Shown one piece after another: positions 8,046 through 12,995 of a stretch of DNA of 12,995 bases (the stretch's first letter is position 1; every line of letters starts with the position of its first letter). The position numbers were made by a program, and so were the translations under genes. Source of the stretch: a bacterium (GTDB lineage Bacteria; Bacillota; Clostridia; Oscillospirales; Oscillospiraceae); the NCBI GenBank assembly GCA_963597355.1, contig CAVBPR010000002.1, positions 310,001 through 322,995 of the forward strand, read 5' to 3'. The notes beneath the pieces were generated by a model. That model was not told where the DNA came from. It saw only the letters and a list, made by a program, of their open reading frames with translations, and searched no databases.

Positions 8046-8214
8046 CATAGATTTGTATTGGGATGAGGCCGGTGAACTTTTTGAAGGCCTGGCAATCAGC
8101 ATTCTCTCAAATCATGGCCTGGTCAATATGTTGAAAGACCCGTATTATGATCCTACAAAAGATGAACGGATACTAAACCGGATAACCGCTTTGAAGAATA
8201 ACACAGCGCAGTGA
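8011..8214 (+). pseudogene. 3' fragment of the disrupted hypothetical gene
   Basis: There is no ATG and no SD. The TTG start in the track is an artefact of ORF calling. The frame is open back to 7966 (KYVYYDAVSKKIPDPLDFVSYLYYRVDIDLYWDEAGELFEG...TAQ*). A terminator hairpin follows the fragment. Confidence 0.55.
8015..8023 (+). repeat. right copy of the 9-bp direct repeat ATTTTGTCA
   Basis: Identical to 7519-7527. Confidence 0.6.
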
Positions 8215-8243
8215 ATCACTTATAAATGAATGCGAAAAATAAT

Positions 8244-8270
8244 GCCCATCGATTTTGAAAATCGATGGGC
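8244..8270. terminator. hairpin terminator between the convergent 8011 fragment (+) and truA (-)
   Basis: GCCCATCGATTTT / AAAATCGATGGGC form a perfect palindrome. On the - strand it is followed by ATTATTTTTCG, which is a good fit for truA. On the + strand the T-run is displaced about 15 nt. Confidence 0.75.
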
Positions 8271-8291
8271 GCTGTTCGTCTGTATTTTTAT

Positions 8292-9029
8292 TTAATAAAA
8301 CACCTCATCCAGGCAAAGTCCTTCTGGAGGTGCCGTAAATCCGGCAGCAGAACGATCTTTTACGGATAGGATGGAGGCCATCTCTGCTGGGTGTCTTTGC
8401 CCAAGCCCTACCTCAATTAAAGTTCCGGTGAGAATACGAACCATCAGGTTTAAAAATCCATCTCCCTCGTAGGAAATGCAGATAGAATCATCGGAGCGGT
8501 TGAATTCTATGCTGTAAATTGTGCGTGTTGTGCTTTTTTTGAAGCGTCGAAGGCCGCAAAAAGAGCGAAAATCATGAGTCCCGAGAAAATATTGAGCAGC
8601 TGTTTGCATTGCATTCAGATCTAATGGTTCGGTAACTTGATAGGAGAATTTTCGTAAAAAAACATTGGGAATCATACTGTTCCAGATATGATAGACATAC
8701 CGTTTTCTTTTTGCGTTGAGACGCGCATGAAAACGAGGATCTGCCTCCTCGACAGAAATAACAGCAATATCCCGCGGCAGGTGAGTGGCACAATGCTCCA
8801 GTATTTGTTTGCAGTCAAAAGAAGAGTTTAATTTCGCATTTGCGACTTGTCCCTTTGCGTGGACTCCCGCATCGGTACGTCCGGAACCGTGAATCTCAAT
8901 AGAAGAACCATCTAATTGACTGAGAACAGACTGGAGTTTTCCTTGTATTGTATTTCCTGTGTTGCCTTGAATCTGCCAGCCGCTGTATCGAGTGCCATCG
9001 TATTGTATTTTCAGCTTGTAATTTTTCAT
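8292..9029 (-). CDS. truA: tRNA pseudouridine(38-40) synthase TruA
   Basis: MKNYKLKIQYDGTRYSGWQIQ...GSGRTDAGVHAKGQVAN contains the catalytic Asp motif RTDAGVHA. The track start at 9131 adds 34 implausible residues. The ATG at 9029 has AGGAG (complement of 9040-9044) 10 nt upstream. Confidence 0.93.
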   Translation of the reverse strand: MKNYKLKIQYDGTRYSGWQIQGNTGNTIQGKLQSVLSQLDGSSIEIHGSGRTDAGVHAKGQVANAKLNSSFDCKQILEHCATHLPRDIAVISVEEADPRFHARLNAKRKRYVYHIWNSMIPNVFLRKFSYQVTEPLDLNAMQTAAQYFLGTHDFRSFCGLRRFKKSTTRTIYSIEFNRSDDSICISYEGDGFLNLMVRILTGTLIEVGLGQRHPAEMASILSVKDRSAAGFTAPPEGLCLDEVFY

Positions 9030-9059
9030 TCTATCACCGCTCCTAGCATAGCGAAAAAA

Positions 9060-9089
9060 AGAATAGAAATCAAGATTGTATCCTTGTAA
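9060..9089 (-). promoter_or_regulatory. weak candidate truA promoter (TTACAA-N18-TATTCT)
   Basis: Pattern match only, on the - strand (complement of 9084-9089 and 9060-9065). Both hexamers are sub-consensus. Confidence 0.25.
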
Positions 9090-9096
9090 GGAATTT

Positions 9097-9125
9097 TTGA
9101 CATCGCAGTGAATGCGTTGTAGAAT
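9097..9125 (+). promoter_or_regulatory. sigma-A promoter for the AEC permease gene (TTGACA-N17-TAGAAT)
   Basis: A consensus -35 at 9097-9102, an exact 17-nt spacer and a near-consensus -10 at 9120-9125. This predicts a leader of about 70 nt before the SD GGAGGTG and the ATG at 9204. Confidence 0.7.
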
Positions 9126-9203
9126 GAACAAGATAGTTTTCTCTGGCGGTTATATCTGCTGGAGATAATTTATTGTGGATGAAGTCTCGGAGGTGACAGA
9201 AAA

Positions 9204-10154
9204 ATGGAACAGTTTTTTACCGTATTGACTCAAATTATGATTTTTGTCCTTCTGATTTTACTAGGTGTTGTTGCAGTAAGGCGTGAAATACTAGATGAAC
9301 ACTCGTTGCGTAATTTATCAAAAGTTATTATGAAGATGGCCTTGCCTGCCTACATATTCGTCAATACGGCGGAAGGAGCAACCCGATCTGGATTGGCGGC
9401 CAGCTTGGCCGTAATTCCAATGGCGGCAGTACTGTATGCGTTGCTGTTCTTATTGTCGCTGGGAATTGAACGTGTTTTCCATCTGAAGGGAGACCGGGGG
9501 CATGTGTTTCGAGCGATTGTTATGTTTGGCAATGTTGGGTTTATGGGAATTCCGTTGGTTGTTGAACTTTACCCGGATACAGCACTATTATACATTTCAT
9601 TATTTACTATTCTGGATCAGGTTTTGTTCTGGACGTATGGTGTTTCCTTGCTGGAAAAAGTGGAGGAAAGAAAGCAGAGGAACAAATTTACTTTTACGGC
9701 ATTCAAGAATCTGCTTAGTCCAGCGCTTCTAGCCATCGTTCTTGCAACAATCTGCGTTTTGCTGAATCTGCATCTGCCGAGCGTGATTTCAACCACGCTC
9801 AATAAATTAGGATCGGCTAGCATGCCGTTATCTTTGTTATATATCGGTGGTATGCTGTCTATGACAGATGTACGAAAAGTATTAAAGTGCGGTGAACTAT
9901 ACGCAGAGATTTTTTTGAAGATGATCGCTTTGCCATTACTGTTTTACTTTGTAGTTCGGTGTTTGGGAATTGCAACAGACATGGCTGGTACTATTGCCTT
10001 CCTTGCTGGCCTTCCAGCAATCAATATGGTGGCTATGTTGGCAAAAAATAACGGTTCGGATGGCGAGTATGCAGTTTGCGCAGTCATGGTAACTACATTG
10101 GCTTGCCTGGTTACACTGCCTGTAGTATCTCTTGGAATAGCACTTATCGGATAA
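9204..10154 (+). CDS. AEC (auxin efflux carrier / Mem_trans) family permease
   Basis: 316-aa ORF that is hydrophobic throughout, with about 10 predicted transmembrane segments split by a charged central loop (EKVEERKQRNKF). The FGNVGFMGIPL motif is typical of the family as I know it. The substrate cannot be inferred. Confidence 0.85.
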   Translation: MEQFFTVLTQIMIFVLLILLGVVAVRREILDEHSLRNLSKVIMKMALPAYIFVNTAEGATRSGLAASLAVIPMAAVLYALLFLLSLGIERVFHLKGDRGHVFRAIVMFGNVGFMGIPLVVELYPDTALLYISLFTILDQVLFWTYGVSLLEKVEERKQRNKFTFTAFKNLLSPALLAIVLATICVLLNLHLPSVISTTLNKLGSASMPLSLLYIGGMLSMTDVRKVLKCGELYAEIFLKMIALPLLFYFVVRCLGIATDMAGTIAFLAGLPAINMVAMLAKNNGSDGEYAVCAVMVTTLACLVTLPVVSLGIALIG

Positions 10155-10177
10155 CTCAAATCGCCTTCATACTTTCC

Positions 10178-10366
10178 TTATATGAATTCCAGCAACTTCT
10201 TTTCCATGCAGAATTCATATCCCATTTTCTTTAATCCAACCTTATCAAACTGAACAGTTATCGAAGTGCCCTCAATCAATAGGGAAGCCCATCGTATTCG
10301 TGTAATTTTTCTGTCTGTAAATTTGGATTGATAAATGATGCCGATTGCCAATAGATTGTAAATAAA
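10178..10366 (-). pseudogene. start-less remnant resembling the C-terminus of a GNAT-type acetyltransferase
   Basis: A - strand frame is open for 62 codons with no ATG (IYLQSIGNRHHLSIQITDRKITRIRWASLLIEGTSITVQFDKVGLKKMGYEFCMEKKLLEFI*). The VQFDKVGLKKMGYEF...MEKKL tail resembles the FYEKLGF...MEKxL end of GNAT proteins. An ATG at 10379 lies in another frame and stops after 35 codons. Confidence 0.25.
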
Positions 10367-10447
10367 TTTATTGCGTTCATCCTAAATAACTGGGATGTTG
10401 CCGATTAAAATGGAAATTTCCATATAGGATTTGTTCACAAATAGTAC

Positions 10448-10476
10448 TTTCTTTTTTAGTATGGCTATGTTAAAAT
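10448..10476 (+). promoter_or_regulatory. candidate extended -10 promoter for secA (TGtTAAAAT)
   Basis: TG at 10468-10469, one nt, then TAAAAT at 10471-10476, about 60 nt upstream of the secA start. The -35 (TTTCTT) is poor, which is tolerable for extended -10 promoters. Confidence 0.4.
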
Positions 10477-10538
10477 CAAATTCGTATGAATAGATATCAA
10501 TTTACCCGCTTTAGGCGATGGGAAAGGATAGAATACCG

Positions 10539-12995
10539 ATGAATATTATGCGTAAGCTGTTTGGCACTTCCTCTACAAAAGAAGTCAAGCGTTTAATGCC
10601 GACGGTGAATAAAATTGATGCATTGGCAGACGAATACCGTGCGCTGTCAGATGTTGAGCTGCAGGCAAAAACGCCGGAGTTTAAGCAGCGTCTTGCCAAT
10701 GGCGAGACACTGGATGATATTTTGCCGGAAGCCTTTGCAGCTTTACGAGAGGCAGCAGACCGCGTGTTAGGGCTTCGTCCTTATCAGGTGCAGTTGATTG
10801 GCGGTATTGTGCTGCATCAGGGCCGAATTGCTGAAATGCGTACCGGTGAAGGTAAAACGCTGGTCGCTACTTTGCCAGCATATTTGAATGCACTGACTGG
10901 AGAAGGCGTGCATATTGTTACGGTGAACGATTATCTTGCTAAGCGTGACTCAGAGTGGATGGGCAAGGTCTATCGTTTCATGGGTCTTTCTGTTGGCCTG
11001 ATTGTTCATGACCTGACGAAGGAACAGCGTAAGGCAGCCTATGCTGCGGATATTACCTATGGCACAAATAACGAAATGGGCTTTGACTATCTGCGTGATA
11101 ACATGGCCATTTACGATCGCGATTTGGTACAGCGCGGACAGGCATTTGCTATTGTCGATGAGGTCGACTCCATTTTAATCGATGAGGCGCGTACACCGTT
11201 GATTATCTCCGGTAAGGGAGATGAATCTACTGCGCTCTATACGCAGGTGGATCATTTTGTCGCTGGGTTAAAGTGCCAGCGTATTAAAGAGACAGATGAC
11301 AAAGAGCTGGAAGATGAGGACAGCGACGCCGATTACATTGTGGAGGAGAAAGGGAAGCATGTTACACTGACTCCCAATGGTATCAAAAAAGCAGAAGAAT
11401 ATTTCCATCTGGATAACCTGGCAGATGCAGAGAACACCACATTGAATCATCACATCAATCAGGCGATTCGTGCCCGGGGTGTTATGAAGCGTGACGTGGA
11501 CTATGTGGTGAAGGATGGTCAGGTAATTATTGTCGACGAGTTTACTGGTCGACTCATGTTTGGCCGCCGCTATAATGAAGGATTGCACCAGGCAATTGAG
11601 GCAAAAGAAGGTGTAACGGTTGCCAACGAATCCAAGACGCTGGCTACAATTACCTTCCAGAATTACTTCCGTTTATATGGCAAATTGTCTGGTATGACCG
11701 GCACTGCTATGACGGAGGAAGAAGAATTCGGTTCTATTTACAGTTTGGATATTGTAGAGATTCCTACCAATAAACCTGTAGTGCGTATCGATAATCCAGA
11801 CCGGGTCTATAAGACTGAAGCAGGAAAGTACCGTGCCATCGTAGCGCAGATTGAAGAATGCCATGCCAAGGGGCAGCCAGTGCTGGTTGGTACGGTCTCG
11901 ATTGAGAAGTCTGAACTGATTAGTAAAATGCTCACGAAAAAGGACATTAAGCATAACGTACTGAATGCGAAACAGCATGAGAAGGAAGCAGAGATCATCG
12001 CTCAGGCTGGTAAGCTTGGTGCAGTGACAGTTGCAACCAACATGGCAGGCCGTGGTACAGACATTATGCTGGGCGGTAATGCGGAGTACCTGGCAAAGGC
12101 AGACTTGCGCAAAGCCGGTTATACCGATGAAGTTATTGCCGAGGCTACCGGCTACGCTGAAACAGACAACGAACAGATTTTGGCAGCGCGTCAACTTTAT
12201 GCAGAATCTGAGCGGAAGTATAAAGAGTCGATCCAGACGGAAGCAGAGCAGGTGCGTGCAGCCGGTGGCCTTTATATCTTGGGTACAGAACGGCATGAAT
12301 CCCGCCGAATTGATAATCAGTTGCGTGGTCGTGCAGGTCGACAGGGCGATCCCGGTGAAACCTGCTTCTTCCTGTCCTTGGAGGATGATATTTTGCGCCT
12401 GTTCGGTGGTGAGCGCATCCAGAACCTGATGGATAAGATGGGTGTGGATGAAGACACACCGATCGATGCCAAGATGCTTTCTGGAGCTATTGAAAATGCC
12501 CAGAAGCGTGTAGAATCCCGCAATTTCCAGTCTCGTAAGGACGTGCTGGATTATGATGATGTTATGAATACCCAGCGTGAGGTTATCTACGAACAGCGCC
12601 GCAAGGTATTGGCCGGGGAAGATCTGAAAAAATCGATCTCTGGCATGATTCAGACCATGATCACAAATAACGTCAACGGTGTGCTGGGTGAACGCAAGCA
12701 TATGACTGCAGAGGAATGGAAAGATGCAACTGCGAGCTATCGTGGAGTGTTCCTGCTTCCGGATGAGCTGTGCTATGATGATGAACAGCTGGCCTCGTAT
12801 ACCGGTGAAGAACTGATTCAGAAGTTGGAAGACCGTGCTTTTGACATTTATGAAAAGAAGGAAGCCATTCTTGGCGAGCCGCTGATGCGTGAGTTGGAGC
12901 GGGTAGTTATGCTGCGCGTGGTTGACGAATACTGGATGGACAACATTGATGCCATGGATGAGTTGAAGCAGGGGATTCGTCTGCGCGCTTACGGT
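10539..12995 (+). CDS. secA: preprotein translocase ATPase SecA, N-terminal 819 codons (3' end outside the window)
   Basis: The frame is open from 10518 to the window end. Motifs seen are [41 protein letters not shown] (Walker A), [23 protein letters not shown] (DEAD-like), TGMTGTA and [26 protein letters not shown]. The start is placed at 10539 because GGAAAGGA lies upstream. In-frame alternatives are 10518 and 10548. Confidence 0.95.
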   Translation, partial: MNIMRKLFGTSSTKEVKRLMPTVNKIDALADEYRALSDVELQAKTPEFKQRLANGETLDDILPEAFAALREAADRVLGLRPYQVQLIGGIVLHQGRIAEMRTGEGKTLVATLPAYLNALTGEGVHIVTVNDYLAKRDSEWMGKVYRFMGLSVGLIVHDLTKEQRKAAYAADITYGTNNEMGFDYLRDNMAIYDRDLVQRGQAFAIVDEVDSILIDEARTPLIISGKGDESTALYTQVDHFVAGLKCQRIKETDDKELEDEDSDADYIVEEKGKHVTLTPNGIKKAEEYFHLDNLADAENTTLNHHINQAIRARGVMKRDVDYVVKDGQVIIVDEFTGRLMFGRRYNEGLHQAIEAKEGVTVANESKTLATITFQNYFRLYGKLSGMTGTAMTEEEEFGSIYSLDIVEIPTNKPVVRIDNPDRVYKTEAGKYRAIVAQIEECHAKGQPVLVGTVSIEKSELISKMLTKKDIKHNVLNAKQHEKEAEIIAQAGKLGAVTVATNMAGRGTDIMLGGNAEYLAKADLRKAGYTDEVIAEATGYAETDNEQILAARQLYAESERKYKESIQTEAEQVRAAGGLYILGTERHESRRIDNQLRGRAGRQGDPGETCFFLSLEDDILRLFGGERIQNLMDKMGVDEDTPIDAKMLSGAIENAQKRVESRNFQSRKDVLDYDDVMNTQREVIYEQRRKVLAGEDLKKSISGMIQTMITNNVNGVLGERKHMTAEEWKDATASYRGVFLLPDELCYDDEQLASYTGEELIQKLEDRAFDIYEKKEAILGEPLMRELERVVMLRVVDEYWMDNIDAMDELKQGIRLRAYG

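Noticed and set aside
10180-10220. A 10-bp inverted repeat, ATATGAATTC...GAATTCATAT, just after the AEC permease gene. It could be a terminator.
   Set aside because: It has a 21-nt loop and an AT-rich stem containing two EcoRI-type palindromes, so the predicted hairpin is weak. I could not support it as a terminator.
10410-10423. A perfect 14-bp palindrome, ATGGAAATTTCCAT, upstream of secA.
   Set aside because: About one such 7+7 palindrome is expected by chance in 13 kb. It is AT-rich, matches no motif I know, and sits about 50 nt upstream of the candidate promoter.
11268-12701. Long - strand ORFs (106 aa and 342 aa, plus several 60-130 aa ORFs) in the right-hand 2 kb.
   Set aside because: They lie entirely antisense to the unmistakable secA reading frame. 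Their translations are low-complexity and Cys/Leu/Phe-rich with no motifs. They are shadow ORFs.

Overview
This is a chromosomal segment from a Firmicute, probably a member of the Clostridia, with moderate G+C. Almost all of it is housekeeping. On the + strand there is a tightly packed operon, dxs(3' part)-tlyA-nadK-argR-recN. It converges on a - strand pair, pncB then gap, across a perfect bidirectional hairpin terminator. Further right lie truA (-), an AEC-family permease (+), and the first 819 codons of secA (+, running off the window). dxs and secA are missing from the ORF track only because they are open-ended. The track starts for gap and truA are over-extended, and I moved both to ATGs preceded by a Shine-Dalgarno (SD) site. 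I saw no tRNA, rRNA, CRISPR array, intact IS or recombinase gene, and no large novel multi-gene system. The one non-ordinary locus is 7326-8214. Two short ORFs there look like the halves of a single gene split by a 0.43-0.5 kb insertion. The insertion is flanked by an exact 9-bp direct repeat, and precise deletion restores the reading frame. It carries two SD-led micro-ORFs for small hydrophobic peptides, a GC-rich hairpin, and a truncated Xis/HTH-type ORF, so it looks like a decayed fragment of an integrative element. Smaller observations are an imperfect palindrome over the pncB promoter (a possible NAD-salvage repressor operator) and a start-less GNAT-like gene remnant upstream of secA. All functional calls rest on motif recognition by eye. 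No database search was possible.
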